DNA from: Patescibacteria group bacterium
Lineage (GTDB): Bacteria > Patescibacteriota > Minisyncoccia > Phycocordibacterales > PALSA-1337
Direction of reading: 5' to 3'
Assembly: GCA_018970245.1 (NCBI GenBank)
Contig: JAGWWT010000004.1
Span: 785-64,784 of the forward strand
DNA: 64,000 nt
A program made the position numbers and the translations under genes. Below the pieces are notes generated by a model that was not told the DNA's origin, did not search any database, and saw only the letters and a program-made list of their open reading frames with translations. Below are positions 27,941 through 36,945 of this stretch, piece after piece. Every line of letters begins with the position of its first letter. The first letter of the stretch is position 1.

Positions 27941-29613
27941 ATTGATGGGTGCTCCGAAGGATAGTTGCCGTAGTCCACCTTGCCCATTCCTCCGTCAATT
28001 CGACGGGCACCGAGCAGCGGCGGACCTTCATCGCTATAGTCTTCTCCAGAGCCAGCACCGAATTCTCCTTTTCGGCACGCCATTATGTTGTATCTCAGCG
28101 CATCCGCCTCGTCGTCGCCTTCGCCGGGGCCATACACGCCTACTGTTTTTTCTACGTCATCCGGATCGTTCGCTCGGTGCTCCAGCACGGTAAGCGATGA
28201 CCAGAGTTCGGTTAACGTAGAAAATATCCGAATTCCAGGGAGCGATAGCGGTACGCGGGTTGTGCGACCGGTTTTATCTTTTTGCTCCTCAAAATCGTAG
28301 TGAAAGCCATCTCTCATGGCTCCCCATCCGGCTTTTCGCGAGTTATTCGCAGGAATGAACCGGAATCCTCTGAATATCTGATTACCGGCCTCATCAAGGG
28401 TCGGCGAGTTCCATATCTCGATCGCCGACTTCCGGCCCGATATGGTGCCTGTATTCTTGAATAGGTCGGGATCGGCTACCTGTATCGCGAACGGATACAT
28501 CTTGCCTTTATTTTTCCCATCCTTAAAAACAAACTGCTGGCGCATCTGTTCCTTCATCTGCTCCGATGTCAGCCCTTTTACACTAATTCCATCGATCACG
28601 TAAGTCGTACCTTCGAAATCGGTCGCGGTAACAAGTGCGCAGGCTGTATGTCCAAAACCAAAATCGAGTGAGAGCGTATAGCTCCACTCGTAAGGAGTGA
28701 CGAAAGGACGAATGGAATGCACTCGTTCATCCAAGTCAAAAAACTGGCCTTCGAATACATCCCACAATCCGAAATAAAAGGCGTCCCGCACCTTAGGTGG
28801 CTTGTCCAGAAGCTCCGAAAGGTAGGCTTTTGAGTTGGTGGGATTGTCGACGGGAAGCGATTGGATGAAGAAATGTCCTTTTCGCATGATGCCCGTCACC
28901 TCATCCCACTCTTCCCGGTCGCGAGTTTCCGGATTTACGAACCGCGTTTTGTGCCACGCGAGACCCATGCCTACCGGATTCGTCGCCAAAAGGATCGGAC
29001 AGTGCTCAACCGGCACGCCGTCGGTCGTCCAGCGCATACATGTGCCGATATGATTGAAGAACGCCTCCTCCTGGTTCGTCGATTCATCGATACCGATGAT
29101 CGCATATTGCGTGGATTTTTCTACGTCTTCGAAATCGATCGTATTCCGGAACTCGACCGTCCAGCCGCCGTATTCCGGATGGGCGCGAAAGACCATGTGC
29201 TGCTGGTTAAATTCACCCATCCACGCGGGGAAATGCCTGCCCTTCATGATGTCGGTCCCGAAGCGGTCCCAGCAAGCCTTGAACGTCTCACAGAAGATAG
29301 CTCCGTTGGCTCCGGGATGACCGCTCTTGGCCAGGATCATGAGATAGATGCAGATGAGCCGGAGCATGGTTCTCGACTTCCCCCCCGCCTTAGCACCGCC
29401 GAACAGGGTTGCCCGGTATTCGAACATCGCCTCGAAGAATTCAAGCTGCTTGGGAAAGATCACCCGATCGCCCTTGTGGAATATCGCGGGTGTACCATCG
29501 GAGAATTTGAGTTCGAGCGGCTTGTCCTCTCGCCATATCATGGGCCAGAGCCAGTCGAGCAGGTCATACTCTTCGAGGATCTCAGTCGGTCGTAGTTTCG
29601 GCTTTCCGGCCAT
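27931..29613 (-). CDS. terL: Terminase large subunit
   Basis: Walker A GGAKAGGKS, Walker B IGIDE, ATNP coupling motif, nuclease LDFGF and DDEADALRY. Confidence 0.95.
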   Translation of the reverse strand: MAGKPKLRPTEILEEYDLLDWLWPMIWREDKPLELKFSDGTPAIFHKGDRVIFPKQLEFFEAMFEYRATLFGGAKAGGKSRTMLRLICIYLMILAKSGHPGANGAIFCETFKACWDRFGTDIMKGRHFPAWMGEFNQQHMVFRAHPEYGGWTVEFRNTIDFEDVEKSTQYAIIGIDESTNQEEAFFNHIGTCMRWTTDGVPVEHCPILLATNPVGMGLAWHKTRFVNPETRDREEWDEVTGIMRKGHFFIQSLPVDNPTNSKAYLSELLDKPPKVRDAFYFGLWDVFEGQFFDLDERVHSIRPFVTPYEWSYTLSLDFGFGHTACALVTATDFEGTTYVIDGISVKGLTSEQMKEQMRQQFVFKDGKNKGKMYPFAIQVADPDLFKNTGTISGRKSAIEIWNSPTLDEAGNQIFRGFRFIPANNSRKAGWGAMRDGFHYDFEEQKDKTGRTTRVPLSLPGIRIFSTLTELWSSLTVLEHRANDPDDVEKTVGVYGPGEGDDEADALRYNIMACRKGEFGAGSGEDYSDEGPPLLGARRIDGGMGKVDYGNYPSEHPSIWV

Positions 29614-29995
29614 GCTTTGCTTTTAGTTGTTCGACCGTGGGAATCGTGTCGCCGAACTTGATTTTGGGTTTGCCATCCGACACTGGCGGCTCCTGAGTGG
29701 GTGCTTTGCCGAATCCGAACTCAAGGGCTATTTTGGCCGCCGCCATGCGCTCCGTGGGCTTTGCATCTTCGTCCTCGATCAAGTCAAGAACAGTGTCGCA
29801 TATCGTTTCCCACTCCTCGCGGAACCGCTTGCCCATAAGCCGGCGAACGGCTTCAGGCTTGAGGCGCTTACCTTTTTTGCGAACGCGGGGTTCTTTTATG
29901 GGCGCAGGCTTTGGTGGGGTGCCATCATTTAGCATCCCTTGCTCCTTGAGTAAGGCTTGCGCCTCCTCAAATGGCATTCCGGCCCACGTACCCAC
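29582..29995 (-). CDS. terS: Terminase small subunit
   Basis: Directly upstream of TerL; ERMAAAKIALEFGFGKAP. Confidence 0.7.
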   Translation of the reverse strand: MGTWAGMPFEEAQALLKEQGMLNDGTPPKPAPIKEPRVRKKGKRLKPEAVRRLMGKRFREEWETICDTVLDLIEDEDAKPTERMAAAKIALEFGFGKAPTQEPPVSDGKPKIKFGDTIPTVEQLKAKHGRKAETTTD

Positions 29996-30222
29996 TATCC
30001 GCCTATACCCTCGAAGAAATCTTCACCGTTCGGCGTTCCGTGCATGGGTTCGTGCGCCTCTTCTTCTGCGGCATCCTCGTACCACGGCTCCTGAGCCTCG
30101 GCAACAGTTGGTGTCGCTTGCTCGGAGAACGGGTCAATGCTCTCGCATGAACCGTACTCCTGCGGTGCGCCCGATGGCGGGGTCGTTAGTGGAAAGCCGT
30201 TGTCTGGCATGTTGTTGGTCAT
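29995..30222 (-). CDS. Small acidic hypothetical protein
   Basis: 75 aa with AAGGAG SD. Confidence 0.55.
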   Translation of the reverse strand: MTNNMPDNGFPLTTPPSGAPQEYGSCESIDPFSEQATPTVAEAQEPWYEDAAEEEAHEPMHGTPNGEDFFEGIGG

Positions 30223-30231
30223 AAAATCTCC

Positions 30232-30942
30232 TTACCGAGTGCCGGATGCACCGAGAATATTTTGAAATGCCGACGTATCGAGATAATTTCCGGATTGGTC
30301 ACCGCCAGCCACTCCGTTGGTGCCATTCGCATTATCGCCCATACCGAATAATTTACGGCTGGCCGCGGCTCCGGCACCGCCGGCAAATGAACCGAGCGAC
30401 TGGGCGAAAATCGTGGAAAGGGCGGATGGCTGGTGAAGGTAATCCTGTTGGGCTTTCCATGTATCCCAGTCGAACGCATTTTGCTTTTGCGCAGCGGCGA
30501 GACCGGCTTGGCGTGCGGTTTGGTCCATCTCTGCGCCCTTCAGATTCGCGCCGATCATCGAGTTTTCTGCGGTGCGCTGGATCTGATTGGCATTAGCGGC
30601 CTGCACCGAAGCGTTGCTCGAAAACCGTGGGTTACTGGCGAGATCGGCTTGGGCTTTGTTCGCCTCGTTCTCGATCATTCCGGCGGTATGCGCCGCAGTG
30701 TCTTTACCTACGTGCGAATTAAGCTCTTCGTTGATGACCCCTTGTTCGAGTCCGGAATAAGGGTTGGGTGGATTGCCCAGCGAGTCACCGCTGGAGTTGC
30801 TGAACAGTCCGGCAGCGCCGCCGATAAGACCACCAACGCCAGCGCCTATCGCCGTACCAATACCGGGAACGATGCTGCCGATCTCGGCCCCTGTCGCCGC
30901 GCCGCCTAATGCACCTTCGCCTGCCGCACCCCAATTTGCCAT
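30232..30942 (-). CDS. DNA pilot / ejection protein with glycine zipper
   Basis: MANWGAAGEGALGGAATGAEIGSIVPGIGTAIGAGVGGLIGGAAGLF; Ala/Gln-rich. Confidence 0.75.
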   Translation of the reverse strand: MANWGAAGEGALGGAATGAEIGSIVPGIGTAIGAGVGGLIGGAAGLFSNSSGDSLGNPPNPYSGLEQGVINEELNSHVGKDTAAHTAGMIENEANKAQADLASNPRFSSNASVQAANANQIQRTAENSMIGANLKGAEMDQTARQAGLAAAQKQNAFDWDTWKAQQDYLHQPSALSTIFAQSLGSFAGGAGAAASRKLFGMGDNANGTNGVAGGDQSGNYLDTSAFQNILGASGTR

Positions 30943-31015
30943 AGCGTATAAAAAGCAAAAAGCGGCCACGAAGCTTTTATGTGCTCCGCGCCGCTCCTGG
31001 ATTTATTCCAATCGC
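30943..31015 (-). promoter_or_regulatory. Conserved late leader C
   Basis: GCGAT TGGA-ATAAA-TCCA GG AGCGGCGCGGAGC/GCTTCGTGGCCGCT TTTTGCTTTTT..ATG. Confidence 0.65.
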
Positions 31016-31091
31016 GAAATTAATCGATTAATGTACTATGGAAACTCAGGTGTGCGCGTGTTAGTTCTATTTGTATTCGAAAGGATACAAA

Positions 31092-31325
31092 ATGGCAGAA
31101 CGCACGGCGAAAGAGGGCGAGGAGAAATACGGAGACGTAGAATATGCCGACCCCAAGAACAAAGCCTACCCCGTAAATAGCCCAAGTCGAGTTAGGGCTG
31201 CATGGTCCTACATAAATATGCCGAAGAACGCCGCAAAGTATCCACGCAACGGGGTGTCGCTATCAAGTGTAAAAGCCCGGATTCGTAGCGCCGCCGCGAA
31301 GCATGGCGTTCACATCGGCTCGTAA
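31092..31325 (+). CDS. DUF6582-like small protein
   Basis: YGDVEYADPKNKAYPV..RAAWSYINMPKNAAKY; AAGGA SD. Confidence 0.75.
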   Translation: MAERTAKEGEEKYGDVEYADPKNKAYPVNSPSRVRAAWSYINMPKNAAKYPRNGVSLSSVKARIRSAAAKHGVHIGS

Positions 31326-31400
31326 AATGTTTTGGGACTAAATAAGCGATCTTCCAACTCTCACCGGAAGATCAAGAAATGTTGAAATAGAACGAGAAGC

Positions 31401-31436
31401 AAAACCCCCGACCTTACGACCGGGGGTTTTCTTTTT
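31401..31436. terminator. Bidirectional intrinsic terminator
   Basis: AAAACCCCCG-N10-CGGGGGTTTTCTTTTT between convergent genes. Confidence 0.75.
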
Positions 31437-31477
31437 CACTAATTATAACAGAGGTGTGAGCCTCAAGGTGAGATGGA

Positions 31478-31726
31478 TTAAGCTTTTGATTCGCTGATCC
31501 ACATGCTGTCAAAGTATGTGGGAGCCAGATTGTCGTTTGGCAGCGGAAATGCCTTTTCGTGATAGCGTCTATGCTCCATCAAGCGTTCCCAGCGACCATT
31601 GCGTGGGTCGGCATCTATGTACCGCTGTACCGAATCATATCGGAGTGTCCCGGCATCGGCCCTGGTTTGATGGCGCGGTGCGTAGAGCGCCGAGCAGAGG
31701 ATTGCGATGTGTAAAATTGCATTCAT
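31478..31726 (-). CDS. Small possibly exported protein
   Basis: Hydrophobic N-terminus MNAILHIAILCSALYA. Confidence 0.45.
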   Translation of the reverse strand: MNAILHIAILCSALYAPRHQTRADAGTLRYDSVQRYIDADPRNGRWERLMEHRRYHEKAFPLPNDNLAPTYFDSMWISESKA

Positions 31727-31761
31727 GCTCGGCGGTCAGTTCAACCGGCGTGCCAAACGCA

Positions 31762-32382
31762 CTATCTCGGCGAGCGCGTGTTGGCTGGAGCCTCTTCGGG
31801 TTCTGGGCCGCCGACACCGTTAGTAGTGCCACCGGCGTGACCCGTTACGCCGCCGGGCTGATTGAATGCACCACGGACAGTATATCCTGCGGGCATCTGC
31901 ACGATTGGCGATGGCTCGCCCGGCGTTTTCAGGTCTGGCGCACCGCCGCGTGAAGCAAGCTCGGTGGTCGCAAGCCCAGCGCCAGAATTCTCGACCGGGC
32001 CGCCACCCGGCGCATAGCCCGCGAAGTTGCCGCCAAAAGCCTGGCGCTCGGCTTGACGAGTGGCCAATGGTTGCTCGTTATAGCCCTCCCATTTTTCAGA
32101 GTAAGTATCGGGGCCCGGCAGCCTCGTCTCGCCCGTGATCTGGTCGGCCGGATCCTTTGGGTGCGTGACTATCGTATGATGTTCGGTATGCTGCACATAG
32201 CCGCCGCCCTCTTCGCCAGGAGAAAGAACGCCGCCTCCGCCGCCGCCAACTACGTGCGCCGGCATACCTTCACCGATCCCAGCGGAATGCTGGACGCCGT
32301 AGTTGTGGAAGATCGGGCTGGTCTCGAAATCGTGGGTTTCGCTTTCGCCGACACCGGGGCCGGCTCCTGGAATGTAGCTCAT
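31762..32382 (-). CDS. Gly/Pro-rich low-complexity protein
   Basis: 206 aa, first gene of leftward block. Confidence 0.6.
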   Translation of the reverse strand: MSYIPGAGPGVGESETHDFETSPIFHNYGVQHSAGIGEGMPAHVVGGGGGGVLSPGEEGGGYVQHTEHHTIVTHPKDPADQITGETRLPGPDTYSEKWEGYNEQPLATRQAERQAFGGNFAGYAPGGGPVENSGAGLATTELASRGGAPDLKTPGEPSPIVQMPAGYTVRGAFNQPGGVTGHAGGTTNGVGGPEPEEAPANTRSPR

Positions 32383-32542
32383 AGGTTAATTCGAATTAAA
32401 GTTACCAAGTTTCAGTCCGGGGCGGCCTGCGCGTAAAAGAAAACGACGATTGTAAAAAGATGGTTCGGATGAGTTATCCATAGCGTGGAAAGATTTTGTA
32501 GAAAACTATTTTCATTATTTTACGGAATGTTAATAATTCCTC

Positions 32543-32572
32543 TTGACAATCGGAAAATATTCTGTATATTGT
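32543..32572 (+). promoter_or_regulatory. Rightward promoter of replication operon
   Basis: TTGACA-16-TATATT with extended TG; equally TTG-N19-TATATTG. Confidence 0.7.
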
Positions 32573-32587
32573 AGTGTTATATTTTTA

Positions 32588-32804
32588 CGGGGTTCGGCAA
32601 ACCCCGGCGAGAATGAAATAGCGCCCCTGTTTCTTTGTCGCTCCTGCTCTGATACAATAAATTTTTCTTACGCACCCGAACCCCATGTTCGGGGGCACAC
32701 TCGCACGGATTCTTCAGAGCCTCCGTCTCGGGCGAAGTAGTTCGCTCGGTTTGCAAACCGCCTCGCCAGCGGAGTGTGCCCCTGGTCATGGGGTTCTTAT
32801 TTTC
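32588..32804 (+). ncRNA. Structured 5' leader / attenuator (C4-like cloverleaf candidate)
   Basis: GAACCCCATG/CATGGGGTTC and GGGGCACACTC/GAGTGTGCCCC closing three hairpins, then T-rich tract. Confidence 0.6.
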
Positions 32805-32814
32805 AGTTTGCAAA

Positions 32815-33126
32815 ATGGACGAGACCGCCCCGGTCGCTACGGATGAGCAGCGACCAAAGACCGAAACCGAGAAATTCAACGAAATGCGCGCATTTTATGT
32901 ATTCCGCGCACGCCAGATCGTCGAAATCATGCGATCGGCTAAAGATGTACTCTACGATCAGATGATCCGCATTGGCAAATGCGAGAATTATGCCGAACTC
33001 AATCAGGAGCAGTTCGACCTGCAATCGGGCGTAGCCGATGTCTGCAATATCATCCACCGCTTCAATGCTGGAATCCTCCGCACCGAAGAGCAGCAAGTTA
33101 ATAATATTGAAGTTGTGAAAGGATAG
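32815..33126 (+). CDS. Hypothetical protein
   Basis: MDETAPV..., first ORF after leader. Confidence 0.6.
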   Translation: MDETAPVATDEQRPKTETEKFNEMRAFYVFRARQIVEIMRSAKDVLYDQMIRIGKCENYAELNQEQFDLQSGVADVCNIIHRFNAGILRTEEQQVNNIEVVKG

Positions 33127-33156
33127 CTATGGCAAAAACACTGAGGCAGATTATGG

Positions 33157-33672
33157 ATGAGCGTCGAGCAGAGTCCAATGCAAGCCTTCAGCGGCCTGCA
33201 TTGGACGCCAGAGGAGGTCGCAACAATGATGAAGCACGCGATGCCAAAAACCGCAGATTCGGTCGGCGCGATTGTCAAGTCGATGCCCAAATACAACGCG
33301 CCGACCGAAGAAATAACTGAGTGGTTCTTCTACGCGAGCGCATTTCTTCGTCCATTCTTGGAAAGTTACACCGAGTACGAATTTTTGGAACCGGGCTTCC
33401 TCGAAGCCATGAATGATATTGGCCGGTACGGTCACGAAAAATACGGTAAGAATTCTTACCAGCGTCGGCGCGAATTGGGTGACCGTTCGCGAAGTTCCAA
33501 GCGCGTAACGAAATGGGCGTTATTCAAGCATGGGGTGAGGCATTGGATCGCCTACCTATTGGGTGACAAGCATGACCATTTCGGAACCCGTGAGCACAAT
33601 TTGGCCGCGGTCGCTTTCAATGTGATGATGGAATATTATTTCATGGAAGGAGCGCACGATGCCATACGCTGA
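33157..33672 (+). CDS. dATP/dGTP diphosphohydrolase-domain protein (DUF5664-like)
   Basis: IGRYGHEKYG, RHWIAYLLGD, HNLAAVAFNVM. Confidence 0.75.
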   Translation: MSVEQSPMQAFSGLHWTPEEVATMMKHAMPKTADSVGAIVKSMPKYNAPTEEITEWFFYASAFLRPFLESYTEYEFLEPGFLEAMNDIGRYGHEKYGKNSYQRRRELGDRSRSSKRVTKWALFKHGVRHWIAYLLGDKHDHFGTREHNLAAVAFNVMMEYYFMEGAHDAIR

Positions 33673-34159
33673 AAACACATCCGTCTCGGTCGAGAAGTCG
33701 CGCGCCGAAATCGAGTCGCTACTACGAAAATTCTGGGCACTGGAAAACGCCAGGCAACCCGGCAAATACCCGCCCATGCGCTTTCAGTTTTACTCGGATA
33801 ACATTGGCGCAGAAATCACCTTCACGCTTCGCGACAAGACAATTCGAATCTCGCTGCCGCTGCCCGATCCGAGTTCAAAAGAATTTACGCAAAAAATCCT
33901 TTACGGAAAAGTAAAAAAGAACGACCCATCGAAAGCCTACGCCCTATGGGAACAAGCGTGTCGGACGCGGTGGCGTGCGCTGGCGCTGTCGATTAAATCC
34001 ACGCTGACGGACATCGAAGCGGGCATCAAGACGTTCGAGATCGCCTTCCTTGCATATTTTATGATGCAGGACGGCAAAACGATAGGCGAACACATCATTC
34101 CTCGTCTTGATGAAGCGGTAGGCGATTCGAAATTACTTTTGCCCGAAAGGACCGCTTGA
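33659..34159 (+). CDS. Conserved phage protein
   Basis: MPYAENTSVSVEKSRAEIE...WEQACRTRWRALAL..IK..FLAY. Confidence 0.75.
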   Translation: MPYAENTSVSVEKSRAEIESLLRKFWALENARQPGKYPPMRFQFYSDNIGAEITFTLRDKTIRISLPLPDPSSKEFTQKILYGKVKKNDPSKAYALWEQACRTRWRALALSIKSTLTDIEAGIKTFEIAFLAYFMMQDGKTIGEHIIPRLDEAVGDSKLLLPERTA

Positions 34160-35682
34160 TGCCAGAAAAGTATGACACCCTAAAACGTCTGCGCGAGATC
34201 GATGAGCGCAGGCAACGACTGTATTCGGGCGGATTAGTGCCACCACAGGCCGTAGATGCCGAAGAGGCGCTACTTGGCGCAATGCTCATCGATAAGGGTT
34301 CGCAGAATCGCGCATTCTCTATGATCGGCCCACGGACATCGGACGACAGCCCATTTTACCGCGAAGGCAATTCCCTTATTTATTTTGCTATGCTCTCGCT
34401 GGCCGACCGGCAAGAGGGTATAGATTTGCTCACAGTAAAAAACGAGCTTTTACGAATGAATGCCCTCGATAAAGTTCGATGCGGCAGTCATCCCGCAGAC
34501 GGCGGACACGGGTATTTCGACGGTGTCGATGCGCTCGTATATCTTACGACGCACAGCCTCGTTACGACCGTCAATGTCGAAAGCTATATCCGCACGATAC
34601 TCGATAAGCACATGCGGCGCAAAATAATCGAGATCAGCGAACGGGGAAAGCTCGCGGCCTACGATAACGCAGGTGAACTGTTGGGGGCGGACATAGCTGA
34701 CTGGCAGATGAACGACCTGATGGATGCCGTTACCGATCGGGAGCAAACCGGTGCCAAGCACGCACGGGCGGCGTGGGATGAACTATGGAAAGAGATCCAG
34801 ACACCGGCGCCGGATGGGATGCGGGGAATACCTACGGGTATTTTTGCTTTCGATGACATGATGGGCGGCATCCGGTTCGGCGAAGAGACCGTGGTGGCCG
34901 CCCTGACATCCCGGGGAAAAACAGCTTTTGCTACGCAGGTAGCCCGGGAACACATGGATCGTGGCGGATGGGTGTTCGTCACATCCCTCGAAACCAAGGC
35001 TACCAAGCTTTTGCTTCGAATACTCGCGGCTGAAATGGGTATCGAGAACCGGGCGTTGGAACGTGGCGATCTATCCACGCAGGAGTTTGTTGATGTAAAA
35101 CAAGCTATCCAGAGGCTCAAGGGGTTGCCCCTCTATATCGACGATAGCGGTTCGCGTACCCCATTCGACATACGGACCGAGCTTCGAAGGGTGGCCAGCA
35201 AACAAAAGGGTCAAGGGCTGGTAATATTCGACTACCTTCAGCTTATCGGTGGTGTCGGTAAGTTCGAGAGCCGGGAGCGTGAGGTGACGACGGTGAACCG
35301 GCAGCTTCGGGCAATGGTCAAGGATTTTGACGTAGCTAACCTGACCCTATCCCAATTCAATCGAGGGGCTAAAGATGATCGCGAGCCGTCCATGAGCGAC
35401 TTGCGGGAATCCGGGGCGATCGAGCAGGATGCCAGGTCCATCATTTTCCTGCATTACCCATACCGCAACGAGGACCCGGTAGTCAGACGAGTCGAACCCG
35501 TAGCCCTTATTCTCGCCAAGAACGACGGCGGACAGGTGGGTAAGGTCGAATGTGACTTCCATAAGCATTTATGCCGGTTTACCGAACATGGATCCACGCT
35601 GGATTCGGTGGCTATGAGGAGACAAGGGCTGACCTCGGTACAACCGATAGCAGGTCCGGAAGTGACGGAGGACGCGTTCTAA
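34159..35682 (+). CDS. dnaB: Replicative DNA helicase
   Basis: PPQAVDAEEALLG, Walker A TSRGKT, FDYLQLI, LSQFNR, DLRESGAIEQDA. Confidence 0.95.
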   Translation: MPEKYDTLKRLREIDERRQRLYSGGLVPPQAVDAEEALLGAMLIDKGSQNRAFSMIGPRTSDDSPFYREGNSLIYFAMLSLADRQEGIDLLTVKNELLRMNALDKVRCGSHPADGGHGYFDGVDALVYLTTHSLVTTVNVESYIRTILDKHMRRKIIEISERGKLAAYDNAGELLGADIADWQMNDLMDAVTDREQTGAKHARAAWDELWKEIQTPAPDGMRGIPTGIFAFDDMMGGIRFGEETVVAALTSRGKTAFATQVAREHMDRGGWVFVTSLETKATKLLLRILAAEMGIENRALERGDLSTQEFVDVKQAIQRLKGLPLYIDDSGSRTPFDIRTELRRVASKQKGQGLVIFDYLQLIGGVGKFESREREVTTVNRQLRAMVKDFDVANLTLSQFNRGAKDDREPSMSDLRESGAIEQDARSIIFLHYPYRNEDPVVRRVEPVALILAKNDGGQVGKVECDFHKHLCRFTEHGSTLDSVAMRRQGLTSVQPIAGPEVTEDAF

Positions 35683-35712
35683 ACAACAAATTTTATACTC
35701 GCCCAAGACAAA

Positions 35713-36546
35713 ATGGTGTACTACGACAGATGGTTTCCACATGACGCAAACGCCTCCCGCGATCCCAAGATACGGGCACTTATAGCTGAGTTCGGATGGG
35801 AAGCGTATGGCTGGTTCTGGGATATACTCGAACAACTGCACAATACCCCAACTCACAGCATAGCATGGGATCAGAAATACGTCAAAATAAGCATGGCAAG
35901 CGAATTTCGAACGACCGTTGAACGCCTGTCAACGGTCGTTGAACGGATGTTGAACGACCTTCAGCTACTCTACCTCGAAAACGGTAGTCTGCGATCAAAA
36001 GGTATGGATAGGCATATAGAAAACGCTTCCAATAAGAAAGCGCAGGCGTCTGCCGCAGGGAAAGCGAGTGCCGAAAAACGAGCAGAATCGAAGAAAGAGG
36101 CCAACGACCGTTCAACGACCGTTGAACAACCGATGAGCGACCGTTCAACGCCAGTTCAACGGAAATCCAGCGAGAAAGAAGAGAAAGAGGAGAAAGAAAG
36201 AAAGAGAGGGGGACGCGCGCGAACGGTTTCGAGCATTCCACCCGCGATCGAGGATATCCAGAAATACGCCGAGGGACTTCGAGACGGCGTGTACCCGATC
36301 GAAAGCCAGTACAGGGCCAACGCCGTAAGCCAAGTTAGCAAGTTTTTCGATAATTACACCGCAAACGGCTGGAAAGTGAACAAAAACCCGATGAAAGACT
36401 GGCAGGCAACGTACCGAAACTGGCTAAGGCGAGAGAAAGATTTTGGTCAAAACAAGCTGGAAACGCCAAAAACAGCCTCAGTACCCACCTACCAGCCTCA
36501 ACCTCGAAGACAGCAGCGTCAACCAGAAGCCGTTCCCATGTTTTAA
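35713..36546 (+). CDS. Replication initiator (DUF4373-like N-terminus)
   Basis: WFPHDANASRDPKIRAL..GWEAYGWFW; C-terminal FFDNYTANGWKVNKNPMKDWQAT..NW. Confidence 0.85.
   Translation: MVYYDRWFPHDANASRDPKIRALIAEFGWEAYGWFWDILEQLHNTPTHSIAWDQKYVKISMASEFRTTVERLSTVVERMLNDLQLLYLENGSLRSKGMDRHIENASNKKAQASAAGKASAEKRAESKKEANDRSTTVEQPMSDRSTPVQRKSSEKEEKEEKERKRGGRARTVSSIPPAIEDIQKYAEGLRDGVYPIESQYRANAVSQVSKFFDNYTANGWKVNKNPMKDWQATYRNWLRREKDFGQNKLETPKTASVPTYQPQPRRQQRQPEAVPMF
36102..36161 (+). repeat. Iteron-like 11-bp tandem repeats inside initiator gene
   Basis: CAACGACCGTT x2, GAACAACCGAT, GAGCGACCGTT, CAACGCCAGTT, CAACG; related inverted pair at 35910-35940. Confidence 0.8.
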
Positions 36547-36831
36547 CACGAGCGGTGTGCGGCGGGGTTGCGGACGAGATTCAGGCTTTCGTTTTAAGGC
36601 CGTTTCCGTGACCGTGGTTGATTAGAAATAGGTGAACCTATGTCAGATATAGGGTCGGGTTTAGAAAACGGTTTATAGGGCAAATGTGAAAGGATTTCAA
36701 AATTTCGGCATCCGTGGGTGAGAATGTAATACGTGGCGCACGCGACCGGCGCGTCGCTAAGACACCCCCGCGGGGTCAAAAATAAGCATTCTTTTTTGTA
36801 TTAATTTTGGTATAAAAAGTATAAAATTATG

Positions 36832-36859
36832 GAATCTAAGAACAAACATTATGTAAAGC
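36832..36859 (+). other. dif-like site 1 (weaker)
   Basis: GAATCTAAGAA CAAACA TTATGTAAAGC, 11-6-11 layout. Confidence 0.5.
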
Positions 36860-36894
36860 CCTGAAATTCGCACGCATTCGCCAATTTTAGGCCG

Positions 36895-36922
36895 AATGCC
36901 CATAACTTGTATTATGTAAACT
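36895..36922 (+). other. dif-like XerC/XerD recombination site 2
   Basis: AATGCCCATAA CTTGTA TTATGTAAACT. Confidence 0.75.
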
Positions 36923-36945
36923 GTTTCAATGAGACAACAACACAG

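Noticed and set aside
33157-33672. Z-base or other DNA-modification pathway
   Set aside because: Only a DUF5664-like gene; no PurZ, Que/Dpd genes or polymerase recognised
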